From Thalia democratica (lineage: Eukaryota), in assembly GCA_965202585.1 (NCBI GenBank), contig OZ241830.1:67084001-67148000 (forward strand): DNA of 64,000 nucleotides, read 5' to 3'. This document shows, one piece after another, positions 48,900-61,610 of the stretch. The first letter of the stretch is position 1. Each line of letters begins with the position of its first letter. Made by a program: the position numbers and the translations under genes. The notes under the pieces were generated by a model, which saw only the letters and a program-made list of their open reading frames with translations, ran no database searches and was not told the DNA's origin.

Positions 48900-50470
48900 T
48901 AAATAAAAACCAATGTGAAATACTTGTAAACTGGTATATGAAGATTTTAAATTTCATGAAAAGATGGCATAGGATGTTGCTCATCATTTGTCCATAGAAA
49001 GTGAAAAACATTAAATGAAAAAAAATTAACTTCACAGATCCAGATAACAGAAGGCTGATGAATGGTGATTGCAAATATTTCAAGTTCCAATTGAATTCAC
49101 TAGTGATGCTGAGATATAAAAAGAAAAAGATAGAGTATATTTTATCCAATTGAAAAGTTTAGATCAAAATGAACAGCTTCAAAAAAGTACACTTTTGCTG
49201 TAACTGATAGATTGCTTATTGATGATATGCCTTTGAAGTATAGAAATATACGGCTTGGAAAACGAAAAGTCCCCCCAGAAACCTACCAAGTTGTTCAAAA
49301 GCTTAAATCAATGCTTCACACATCTTAAGCTAAAAGATCGATTGCTGAAATTGCAAACACTGATCTTAGAAGAAATAAATTTGGTTCTTGGTAAGTTTAC
49401 AAACCTGACAAACCATATTATATGAACACTTTGCCAGCATCTTCTAAAAGTGACATACTAGATCCATACGGAGAAGCCATGGTTCTTTGCTTAAAATTTC
49501 CTCCGGCCAAGAAGAGTCTCTTCCTCAAGTATATTGTTTGCTTACCGGTTTCTGTGTGTGAGAAATGTTTTATAGAAAACCTAAAAACGGTTAGTAATAA
49601 CTGTCTCCGCCAAATCTTGTATCATAACAATGCAAGATGGAGGATGTTTCTGGACTTGAAAGTTCTTGGTAATTATGATACAGCCGCATACCAGACAGAA
49701 ATACCTTCTTATTTTAACACCTTCGGCGTTAGACGTGAAAGGACAATGGATCCAAGATTTCTGAGATGTATAGACGATTCTATTAGCCACATACTGACTA
49801 GGAAAGTGAGGAGCGTCGGTTGGCGGTACTCCAAAGCGCATGGGAATAGGGATAGGCAAAACTCAAGAGACACAGAATGGTTTGCACTGGCGCACATGAT
49901 GGGTGAACAAATCTACAAGAGACGTTTGTCTGATCATGAGTTGGATTGTTTGTCAAGCTATTCAGGGGTATGACACTTTTTGTCTTATCAGGTTAAGCTA
50001 TCTTGAGCAAGCAATAGATAACCTGTTGTAAGTTCTGGAATAGTATTGGGTTACAAGGGAGGGAAAAGAATTTAATGTTTGCTAACATCTTGTCCAATGA
50101 TTGAATTTTAGATTGTGCACTGATCAGAGTAAATTTGACCAGTAACAAGCCTATGATTGGATAGTATACGCGGTGAATAATTTAGTCAAACAGCTTTCTC
50201 TGAATAATCATCCTGGTTTATCCTCATGACTTACCTCTGTTTGTTGAGAAAGAGATTGAATCTCTATCACAAGTTTATATCTATGACAGGAGAACCAAGT
50301 TCATGTGAAAACATGGTATTCTTAGTGGTTATCGTTGAACTGCTCTCCTGGATCCTATTATTAACCGCGCTGCTACGCGGTGGGTTTTTGACAGACTGGT
50401 AGCTCTGGTTTGTTATGAGGTTTACCAAGGTGATGATGCTTCGGTACCATTCAAATGGAAAACTTAAACA
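48900..50470 (+). pseudogene. Endogenous toti-like dsRNA virus RdRp (decayed)
   Basis: Motifs occur in the correct order: WRMFLDLKVLGNY, motif A DQSKFDQ (50122-50142), motif B GILSGYR*TALLDPIIN (from 50315), motif C YQGDD (50423-50437). Several stops and frameshifts; the 5' boundary is uncertain. Confidence 0.85.
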
Positions 50471-50964
50471 CGTTTTTGAGTACAAATCCATTGAACACTT
50501 CCAATGTATCAAAGTTATAAAATTAGATATGGTTTTTTTTTTGTGAAAACATCTGAAATAACTCATAATTACCAAGTGTGAGTCTACAAACAAAGTTTTT
50601 GTGTACAACTAAACCCTTTGACATATAGGAAAAGTTTTTAACATACTAGTGAATTGGAATCTGTTTGCTACAATTAAAATTTGAGAAATATTTTATTTTT
50701 ATTCAAAATAGTGGTTAAGTTTACAAGGTGTATATAGAAACGAAAGCAAAAGTTCTAGGAATCATCCATGATGAGATGACAAATTATAAAAGATGAAAAA
50801 TCAAAATGTAAGGATTTTTAACTAAAGCACTACCTGTAGACAAGGCACTGTAACTGGGTAGCTGTAACTTTCAATAACTATTAGTGCTAATATATTAAAT
50901 AAAAAATAATAATTGCTTTCTCAGGATTTTAAGATATTCTACAATCTAAAAACTCTAATATGAT

Positions 50965-51329
50965 CATGTTGCCATTCGTTTTTTCAACAATTCTTCCAGG
51001 TTTTCAAATTTCTACCATGTTTTTATAAGAACACATTTTGGGTCTATTTTTAGTTTTAAGTCAAGGTTAAGATAAGAAACTGTGTTAAATAGTATAAAAA
51101 CATTGAAAAGATATTGTAAAGCTACTTTAAATATGTTTTTAATAAGAAAAATGTTTGAAGATGACAAATATTTTTTTATGTATATGTTAAATTTTTTGAG
51201 TCTAATCAAAATTTTACTATTAAACATGTAAAAATTGTAAAAATTCCAGGTTTTTCCAGGTTTTTTTTTTTTTTGCTTAAAATGTCAAATTCCAGGTTTT
51301 TCCAGTTTCCAGGTAAAGTGGCAAACCTG
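50965..51329. mobile_element. Probable hAT-type MITE with CA(G)GTTGCCA termini and TTCCAGG subterminal repeats
   Basis: catgttgcca.. at 50965 and ..tggcaaacctg at 51329; a related end gtggcaaccct at ~54330. Confidence 0.45.
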
Positions 51330-54300
51330 TATGATAAATAAATTTAACTGTGCTGCTACCCAATTAAATGGTGATTTGAAAAGGTAAGACAGTAACCATA
51401 AAATGCTTTTTACAATTTAAAAAAACAATGCTTATTGCTGATTATGTTTCTAAAATGTATTTTACTGTAAAATTACATTTTAAAATACTGAATCAACCAG
51501 TTATCAAAGCTTAACTTTTAAAGAACACATTACCAATGTTTGAAATATTAAATCGAAATTTCCTTAACAAGCAACTGTAACAAACCTGCTATTAAACAAA
51601 TAATCAGTCAAAATAATATTTTCTGATTAAAAGTTTGGCAGCAGAAATCCTCTGGCTCTCTCCAATTCATTCAATTCTGTTTAATTGAACATGAACTCCA
51701 AACTCAACTTCTGTGTGTGTGTTGACCTCACCTGTGAGAAAAAAATACTACAATAGATTATTTAATGGTTCTTACTTTTCATTTGTATGATGTTTAGTAA
51801 CATTGTGTATAATTTGGCAGTTCATGTCCATAATTTTGTATTGAAAAAAAATTAATGTTTACTGTATTGTCATTTTTAATGTTTACTTATTTTTGCAAAA
51901 TGCATTTCAATTATATAATTAATAATGCTTCAATATTAAAACAACCCATTTTTAGGATTTAATTCTTTTTAAGATAAGACTTATAAAATTATATAATAGC
52001 GTAAAAAAGAATTAAGTCATACATTATGCTGTATTTCAAGTGAAGACAAATAAGTTCACATATTGCCTTTTACAAGCATATGTATTTTTAGTAAACGTAT
52101 TGTTTTGAACATTTTTAATATTTTAATTCAGCAGAAACTGTCAGCTTAAAATAGTTTGTAGGTGACAAATATACATATAGGAACACTATTTTTAGTTGAT
52201 TTTTTTTCTTTTTTTTCTAAATGACTATCACTGTTACCAATGAATCTCCCCCTTAGTCAGTAATTTTTTTTCTTGTTGTCAATTTTATGTTTTTAAAAAT
52301 CACTGTGACCCCTAACCCATGCCTTTGGCTGGTAACTTTTTTCTTGTTAAATTTTATATTTTTTTATTTTTATGCTTAATAATTAGAAAGTCTGTTGAAA
52401 AATAAAAAATTATGACTTTTTTTGGTTTATTTTTGTTATAAGATTTTTATTTCTTTTTACTTTTGTTCTAACAAAAATTTCTAAATATTGCAAGACACAT
52501 TTCCTGAAAGTTTGAATTATCTCAAAAAACGTAGGAGACTGATTTTTAGTGAAGTAGTTTTATTTTTGCCTTTATAATTCCCGCCTCCCATAAGAAACCT
52601 ATTGTGGTCTACAGCTTTGACCAGCTTTATTTCAAAAATTATTTTCAATTTTTTAAATCTGTAAAAAGCAACTTGAAGCTTAGTAAAACTCAATAAAATA
52701 AGATCAAATTGTGATTAAGTGATTTACCTCCTATGCCCCTAACTTTTACATTATCCAAATAGAAGTATAAATCCTATGTTTACTTACCCTATCTGATTAA
52801 CCAAATATTTTGCAAAAACTTTTGTTTGCAATGTGATCTATAGCTATGAAATTAGTTTTGCAAAACAATTAAATTTTAGATATATATTTTTTTAATTTAT
52901 AAACAGTTTTTCAGTACACATCAGTGCTATTAACGGCATAAGGTGTAAGACTTTTTTATTCTTATTTCAAAACTTATATTGGGTTTTAGTTTAAAGCTCT
53001 AAGTACTAACTACAAGTCAACTTTAAATTAATAAATTTCTGAGTTAAAGTTAATTTTTTTAAGTATCTGATATAAGCTTATGGGCCGCAATTTTGCCTTT
53101 ATCAATTTTATCACAAATTTAAACATTCACTATAAAACTATTATCTTCTTTTTTTTTTGAGCAATTAAACTCAACTTTTCAGTAAAAATTCTTTTAATAG
53201 TTTGAATACTTTGAATATTTGAATTTAAAATACATTAAAATACAGAAACTTCTGAAAAAAAGGTTATACTTTTAATATATTTTATTTTCAAAAATAAATT
53301 TCAAAAAGGTTTCAACATTCAAAAGATTTTAATAATAGTAAAAGAATTATGAAGAAATTGAAAAAAATTAATTTCAAAATGAGTTAGAGATTGATCTTTA
53401 GTGAAATAGTTCCTTTTTACTTGTTAGTTTCCATCTTACAAAAAGAACCTATTGAACTCACCAATTTTATATCTCAAAATTGCTCGAAATTTGTTGAGGA
53501 AAGTATCTGAGTGCTAATATAAAACTCAATAAATAAAATTAAGGTCATAGAGGGACCTTGATTTTTAGGAGTCGTTCTTATTTTGTTGAGTTTTATCTGA
53601 GCTATCAGACATTTTAATTAACCAATAGAAAAAAAGCTCAAATATTTTTTAAGATATAAACAATCAAAGTTGAAGAACCTAATATGCTCCTAATGAAAGG
53701 CACAAACTAAAAACCCTAAAAAAAGGGGATTTCAATATAAATATATCTCATCCTTCATATTAATATATTTAAATATTCACAGAAAGTCCGTTACAAACAT
53801 TTAAGTTGAATAAATGTAGGATTTCTAACTTTGAAAAACAAAATATTTATTTAAAACCAACATTTATTTATTTTTTGTTTCCACAATTTTTTTTTTTTAA
53901 TTATAGTATTGAAGGTCGTTTCAATTTTTCAAACAAGATTTTCTAATAGTTTTAAATAGAGGTCTCTAGTCAAAAAAAAAGATCAATAAAAATTTTTAAT
54001 GATTTTTTTTATTTCCAAGAAAACTGACCCTGTAAAATTTTTGGTCTATATGTTTGTATCAGAGAATTTTTACAAAAAAATTAAATATCTCATCAGATTT
54101 TTTTTTTTTTGATTCTGTAAGAACTGAATAGTACTTAAAACTTAAAGCTTTAATTTTGTTCTGTAAAATTGAAATTTCACTACTAAACAGTAAAATTTAT
54201 TTAAAGTTTCAGGTTTTTCAAAAATTTTTTGTTTAAACTTCCAGTTTTTTTTTTTTCAAAATTTCTCAAAACCCATTTTTTTTTATGCAAATTGTCAAAT

Positions 54301-56364
54301 TACAGGTTTATTCAGGATTTTAGGTTTTGTGGCAACCCTAAAACTAGTAGTATTGTGTGAATAATTTCAGATAGTATTTATATAAAAATTAATCAAACTT
54401 TTTAAACTTTAAAATTAAGGGGATATTAGGTATTACAATTGGGTTTTGTAACAAAAATTTAAGTACGATTTATAAAAAGGGAGATATTGAGCCCAAAAGG
54501 GCACTTTTAGTAGAAAAAGTTGAGGGGAAAAAGGAGGCAACTTAGATGTTTTTGAAGTCATAGAATTTCACTCATTAGCTTGTTTTTAATATTTAACCCT
54601 TAGATAAGATTTTAAACAAACTTCCAAAATATGCAATGTTGGGCAATAACTGGTAATAGGCTAAAAATTAAATGTCTAAAGGTAAACAATTTAAAAAAGG
54701 GGTTAGGACTCAATTTAAACTGTTTTAAATTTCTGTCAAACAAGGAAATTACAAACTTAAGTTTGAGAAACAAAAAGTTGTTCTTCAAAAAGTATCTTAC
54801 AGGATATACTCTAAAATTTCAATTCAGATTCAATATGTTAAAAAAAAACTTGGACCAATGCTATGGTCTTAATAAGACATATACAAAAAATTATTTTTAC
54901 TTGGTTAATATTGAAAATTTTTAATGTGTCACCACCAGGTTTTGATCTTGAAGTTTTCAACTCAAAGAGTTTTAAAGTAATCAATCAGACCCTTACACTG
55001 AAAGGTCACACAGGATTAACTCAAAGATATTATATTTAAAAATATATCTGAAGTACTTTTTTGTTTAACTGTAGAAAATTCTTTTATTTAAAAATTAATT
55101 TTAACTTACTATAAGTTTCCTCATACAGCTCCCTGGAGATTTAATGCGTATTCTGATGGAAATTTGGATTTGGTGTATTATTGTAACATCATTCAGCAAA
55201 AACTGGTGTTTTGTGATTTTTCTTCTTAAACCAAAACGGCTTCTGATTGGACTATTTTTTAGCCTTTGACCCTTAATGTTTCTAAGACATTTTCGACCAT
55301 TAAGCAATCAGAAGGGCCTTAGATTTGCAGCTGACAGTGTAAGCAATAAGCTTTGTTTTAAACAATTTATAGTTAAAGAAAAATACAAAAAAAACATAGA
55401 AAATTCTTTATAAAAAAAGCATCGTTTAATAATTATTTTCTGCATAAAAATTTTAAAATTCTTTTCTTTGCTTAGATTTAAAAAATTAAGGTCCTTACTA
55501 GCGTACTATCATTGTACTTTAACTAAGCGTTCCTTACCACTCAAATTAAAAATAATCTTATTGAACAAAAATTAAAAAAGAACCGTAAACCAAGGAACTT
55601 GTGTACAAAAAAAACCTCTCGGTCATAAAAGTTTAAAGATCACCATGAAGCAAAATTAACCATTTAAGTTCTTGATAACTTTAAGAATAAAGTAAACTTT
55701 TAAAAGTTTATATAACTTGAAAAGCTCTTTACATTTTATTTGCGTGAAACTTCAAAAAAACACTGCATACAAAAAAATGCTTTTATTTTGTAATGGTCTC
55801 TACTTATTTGGATTTTTAAGAGTTAAGCTTTTTATTTTATTTTTTAAATAAGTTTTTTTGAACTATGTGTGTTCCTTATATTCATAAATACCGACATAAT
55901 TTATACTAACACAATAGGAAAAAAGACTAAAAAATAATCTAAATTTTTCTTATTAAGTTTTGCTAATACTATTAATCAAAATAAAAAGTTTTTTCTATGT
56001 GTTAGACTAAAGTTTGTATAATTTTTTTGAAAAGGATTTAGTTTGTTTGGGAATTGAAAAAAAATTATAACTAATTTTATATAATAATAGTGCTGTTAGA
56101 CTTACTTACTAAGCTTCTTGGTGTATTTACTAAAGTCCATAAAATAGCAATTTTATTTTATCATTGTAGTAAGTGAATTATTATAAAGAAAAACGGAGAT
56201 GCTCCAAAAAAATTTTGGCTAAGGACTTTGATGCACGAAAAGATTTCTAAAACAAAAAACGCTATAAAAGTATGATTATGAAGTAATAAAAATTTACAGT
56301 TTTTGTACTAGGTTATATGTATAATAGTATAATGTTGATAAAAAACTAATAACTTTACTTATAA

Positions 56365-56780
56365 TCACTACAAAGTATGAGTTAGCAACCAAGTATAAAT
56401 TAGCTACCAATTATGAGTTAGTTACCAAGTATGAGTTAGAAACCAAGTATTGGTTAGCCACAACGAATGAGTTAGCTGACAAATATGAGTAAAATAATAA
56501 CTATGAGTTGACTACAATGTAGGAGTAAGCTACCAAGTATAAGTTAGCTATAAAGTAGGATTTAGCTACCAAGTATGAGTAAGGTACCAAGATTGAGTCT
56601 GCTACCAAGTAGGAGTAAGCTATCAAGTATGAGATATCTATTAAGTATGAGTTAGATACCAAGTATGAGTCAGCTAACAAGTTTGAGTTAGCTACCAAGA
56701 AAGAGTAACCTACCAAGTATGAGTTAGTTAGCAATAAGCAGTTAGTTACAAAGTAAGAGTTAGCGATTGAGTAGGTTGTA
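56365..56780 (-). repeat. 18-bp satellite array (reverse)
   Basis: agtatgagttagctacca units. Confidence 0.95.
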
Positions 56781-57064
56781 TGCTTACCAAATTTAAAAAA
56801 ATTGAGGTACTTTTTTAAAACAGTTTAGTTGTTAATTTTTGTTTCACGACAATGTCAACAATAATTGTTTATAACTGTTATTATAGGCACAAGAAAATTA
56901 ACAATCATTTTAGAATATTACTTAGAATTCTTAGCTATTCGATGGTATCCTCAACAATGTCAAAATAGGAACTTAACTTAAAGATATACGTACTATTAGG
57001 AACTAAATTTAAAAAAAATGCTATACATACAAGTTACATAATGTTAGCAAAATTTTACTTTGTA

Positions 57065-58335
57065 CCGAAATCATACTTAGTAGCTAACTCAAACTTAGTA
57101 GCTAATTCATACTTTATAGATAACCCATACTTGGAAGCTATATCATATTTGATAGCTAACTCATACTTGGTATTTAACTTATACTTGGTATATAACTCAT
57201 ACTTTGCAGTTAACTCATAATTGGTAGCTAACTCATACTTGGTAGCTAATTCATACTTGATAACTTAATTATACTTGGTAGCTAATAAATACTTTGCAGC
57301 TAACTTTACTTGATAGCTAAATTCTTCTTGGTAGCTAATTCATACTTGATAGCTAACTTTTACTTGGTAGCTAATTTATACTTTGCAGCTAACTCCTACA
57401 TGGTAGCTTACTCTTACTTAATCGCTAACTCATACTTGGCAGCTAATTCTTACGTTATAGCTAACTCATACTTGGTAGCTTACTCATAACATGATACCTA
57501 ACTCATTTTAGTAGCTAACTTCTACCTAGTAGGTAACTTATACTTAAAAGCTAGCTTAAACTTGGTAGCTAATTCAATTTTGTAGCTAGCTTATACTTAG
57601 TAGCTAACTCATTCTTGTTAGCTAACTCAAACCTTGTAGCTAACTAATACTTGGTAGCTAACTTATACATGTTCTCTAATTCATACTTAATAGCTAGTTC
57701 AAACTTTGTAGCTAACTTATACATAGCATCTAACTCGAACTCGGTAGCTGACTCATATACAGTAACTAACTCCTACTTGGTAGGTAACTCATACTTGATA
57801 GGTAACTCGTAGCTGGTAGCTATCTTAAACTTGGTAGCTAACTCATAATTTGTAGCTAACATAAACTTGGTAGCTACCTTATACTTTGTGACTAACTCCT
57901 ACTCGTTAGCTTACTCATACAGGGTAGATAACTTATACTTGGTGACTAACTACTACTCAATAGCTAACTCATACTTGGTAGCTAACTCATAATTGGTAGT
58001 AAACTCCTACTCGATAGCTAACATATACATGGTAGCTAACTCCTAGTTGGTAGCTAACTCAAACTTGGTAGCTAAATCATACCTGATAGCTAACTCATAC
58101 TTGGTAGATAAGTCATACCTGGTAGTTATCTCATACATGGTGACTGACCCCCACTCGGTAGCTCACTTATATATTATACCTAACTCATACTTTTCAGATA
58201 ACTACTACTCAGTAGCTAACTCATACATGGAAGCTAACTTCTACTTGGTAGCTAACTCATACCTGGTAGCTGACTTAAACTTGATAGCTAACTTATACCT
58301 GGTAGCTCAGTCAAACTTGGTAGCTAACTCATAAT
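57065..58335 (+). repeat. 18-bp satellite array (forward)
   Basis: tggtagctaactcatact units. Confidence 0.95.
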
Positions 58336-58784
58336 TTAGCTCAGTTCAATAAAAGAAGTTAGATAAAAATCGGAGTTCTAGTAACCTAAAAATGTAGATG
58401 CAAAAAAAATTAAAAGGACAATGAATAATTTGCAATTAAAATGAATTTATTATTTTAAGACCAGGGTGTTTTCTCTATGAAACAAGCTTGTAGTTTTTAT
58501 TTAGTCAGACATTAAAAGTGGAAACTGTTAAACAAGTTTGATAGGGTTGTAACAACATATGAAAAGAGTTGCATTTCTTAAAAGTTTTGTTTCATAGTTT
58601 AAATCTTAGCAAATGTAAATTAGTCACCTGTACAAAATGAGCCAATAAGGGTAGGTGTATAATTTTAACTGACGAAAATGACTCTTTTTAATTTACACAG
58701 GGTTTGTTTTTGAAAAAATACTTTTAATTATGCTCTTTTATACTAACTAGATCCGGGTCTGGCCGGATCTCTTTTAGGATTTGT

Positions 58785-61610
58785 ATGAGTTAGCTACCAA
58801 GTCGGAGTTGGTTATTAAGCGTGAGTTAGATAAAGTAAAAAAGTATAAAAAAGCCACCAAGTTGAAGTTGGTAACCAAGTATGAAGTAGCTACCAAGTAT
58901 GGAAAGCCACCAGGTATGGGTTTGCTACAGAGCATGAGTTAGCTACCAAGTATGAGTTAGCTACCAAGTTTGAGGTTGCTACAAAGTATTAGTTCGCTAA
59001 AAATTATAAGTTAAATACCAGATGGGAGTTAGCTACAGAGTGTGATTTAGCTAAAAGTATGAGTTAGCTAGCAAGTATTTGTACGCTTACAAGTTTAAGT
59101 TAGCTGTTAAGTACTAGTTAGCTACCAAGTATGTGTTAGCTACCAAGAATTATTTTGCTACCAAGTATAAGTTAGTTAATATGAGTTAGCTACTAAGTTT
59201 GAGTTAGCTTCCAAGTATAAGTTAACTACTAAGTATGAGTTAGTAACCCAGTATAATATAGCTATTAAGTTTGAGTTTGGTAGCAAGCATATATTAGCTA
59301 ACTTTTAGGAGTAAGCTATAGAGTATAGGTTAGCTATTAAGTATAGGTTAGCTATCAAGTATTGGTTAGCTATCAAGTGTAAGTTAGCTTCAAAGTAGGA
59401 CTTAGCTATTATTTAAGAATTAGCTACTATGTAGTATTTAATTATCAAGCATAAGTTAATAAGTAGGAGCTAGCTATCTAGTACAAGTTAGGTACCAGGT
59501 AGCAATTAACTACAAAATATGAGTTTGCTACTGTTTGAGTCTGCTACAAAGAATGATTTAGCAACCAAGTAAAAATTAGCAACCATGTATGAGTAAGCTA
59601 TAAAATATGAATTAGCTACCAAGTATGAGTTAGGTATCAAGTAGTAATTAACTTCAAAGTATGAGTAAGATACCAAGTGTGAGTTAGCTACTAAGTGTGA
59701 GTTAGCTACCAAGTAAGGGTTAGTTACCATGTTGAAGTTAACTACCAAACATAATTTAACTGACAAGTAATAGTTAGCTACGAGATTCGAGTTAGCTATC
59801 AATTATGAGTAAGCTACGAAGTATAAGATGGCTACCAAGTATTAGTTAGCTAATAGGTTTGAGTTAGCTGCCAAGCATGAGATAGTCACTAAGTATGAGT
59901 TAGCTATCAAGTATGAGTTAGCTACCAAGTATGAGTTAGCTTCAAAGTATAAGTTAGATACCAAGTATGAGTTAGCTACAAAGTATTTTTAAGCTACTAA
60001 GTATGAGTTAGCTACAAAGTGTGTTTAGCTACGAAGTTTATCTAGCTAACATGTATAAGTTAGCTATTAAGTATAAATAAGGTATCAAGTATGAATAAAC
60101 TACTAAGTATCAGTTAACTACCAAGTATTAATTAGCTAAAATGTTTGATTAGCTACCAAGTATGAGTTAGCGTTAGCCACTAAGTATGAGTTAGCTATCA
60201 GGTATTACTTAGCTAACAAGTATAAGTTAGCCACTAAGTATGAGTTAGCATCAATGTATGAGTTAGATATCAAGTATGAGTTAGCTATGAAGTATTAATA
60301 AGATATCAAGTATGATTTAGCTACCAAGTATGAGATAGCATCAATGTATGAGTTAGATATCAAGTATGAGTTTGCTACGAAGTAATAATAAGCTACTAAT
60401 TATGAGTTAGCTACGAAGTATTATTTAGCTTGCAGAAATAAGATAGCTACAAAGTATTAGTTAGCTACCAAGTAACAGTTAGCTATCAAGTATGAGTTAT
60501 CTACAAAGTAAGAGTAAGTTACCAAGTATGAATTAGCTTCTAAATTTGAGTTAGCTACAAAGTATGAGTTAGCTTTCAAGAATTAGTCAGCTGCCAAGTA
60601 TGAGTTAATTTCTAAGTATGATTTAGCTACCATGTTTAAATTAGCTACTACCTATGACTTAGCTACCAAGTAAGAGTTAGGTAGCAAGTAAGTCTTAGCT
60701 GCTTTTTAAGAGTTAGCTACCAACTAGGAGTTACGTAACAAGTATTAGTTAGCTACCAAGTGGAATTAGCTTTTAATTAGGAGTTAGCTACTATGTAGTA
60801 GTCAAATATTAAGTAGGAGTTAGTTATCAAGTGTTAGTTAGCTACCAAGTACGACTTAGCTACCAAACAGGAGTTAGATACCAAGTATAAGTTAGCTACG
60901 AAGTAAGATTTAGCTACCAAGTATAAGTTAGCTACCAATATGAGTTAGCTACGAATGGGAGTTAGTTATGAACTACGAGAATAGCTATAAATAAAGAGTT
61001 AGCTAACAAGTAGAGGTTAGTTCCCGTAGAGGAGTAAGTTGATAAATGGTAGTAAGCCTCACAGTCGGGATTAAAAACCAAATATAAATTATCTACTAAG
61101 TATAATTTAGCTACCAAGTATGAGTTAGCTACCATGTATAAGGTAGCTTCTGAGTTTTATGAAGCTAAAAAGTAGGAATTAACTACTAAGTAGGATTAGG
61201 CTTCTTATAAGAAGTTAGCTACAAAGTAGTGTAAGCTACCAATAGGAGTTAGCTACCATATATGAGTTAGGTACTCAGTATAAGTTTGCTAACAAGATTC
61301 ATTTTGCTACCAAGTTAATTCTCAAGTACGGTTAGTTAAAAAAAGGAATTAGCTACTAAGTATGAGGTAGCTACCTAGTAGGACTTAGTTCCTAAGTATG
61401 AGATACTTACCAAGTATGAATTAGCTATCAAGTATGAGTTAGCTACCAAGTATATAATAGTCAACAAATTTTATTTTGCTACAAAGTAGGAATTAGCTAC
61501 TAAGTAGGAGTTAGCTACTAAGTTAGAATTGGTTACCAAGTATGAAATATCTTTTAAGTATGAGTTAGCTACAAAAAAAAAAGTTTGCAACTAAGTAGCA
61601 GGTATGACTT
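58785..61610 (-). repeat. 18-bp satellite array (reverse), distal part homologous to 22230-23632
   Basis: Reverse units; 60172-61610 is the unit-by-unit reverse complement of the left-hand array. Confidence 0.95.
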
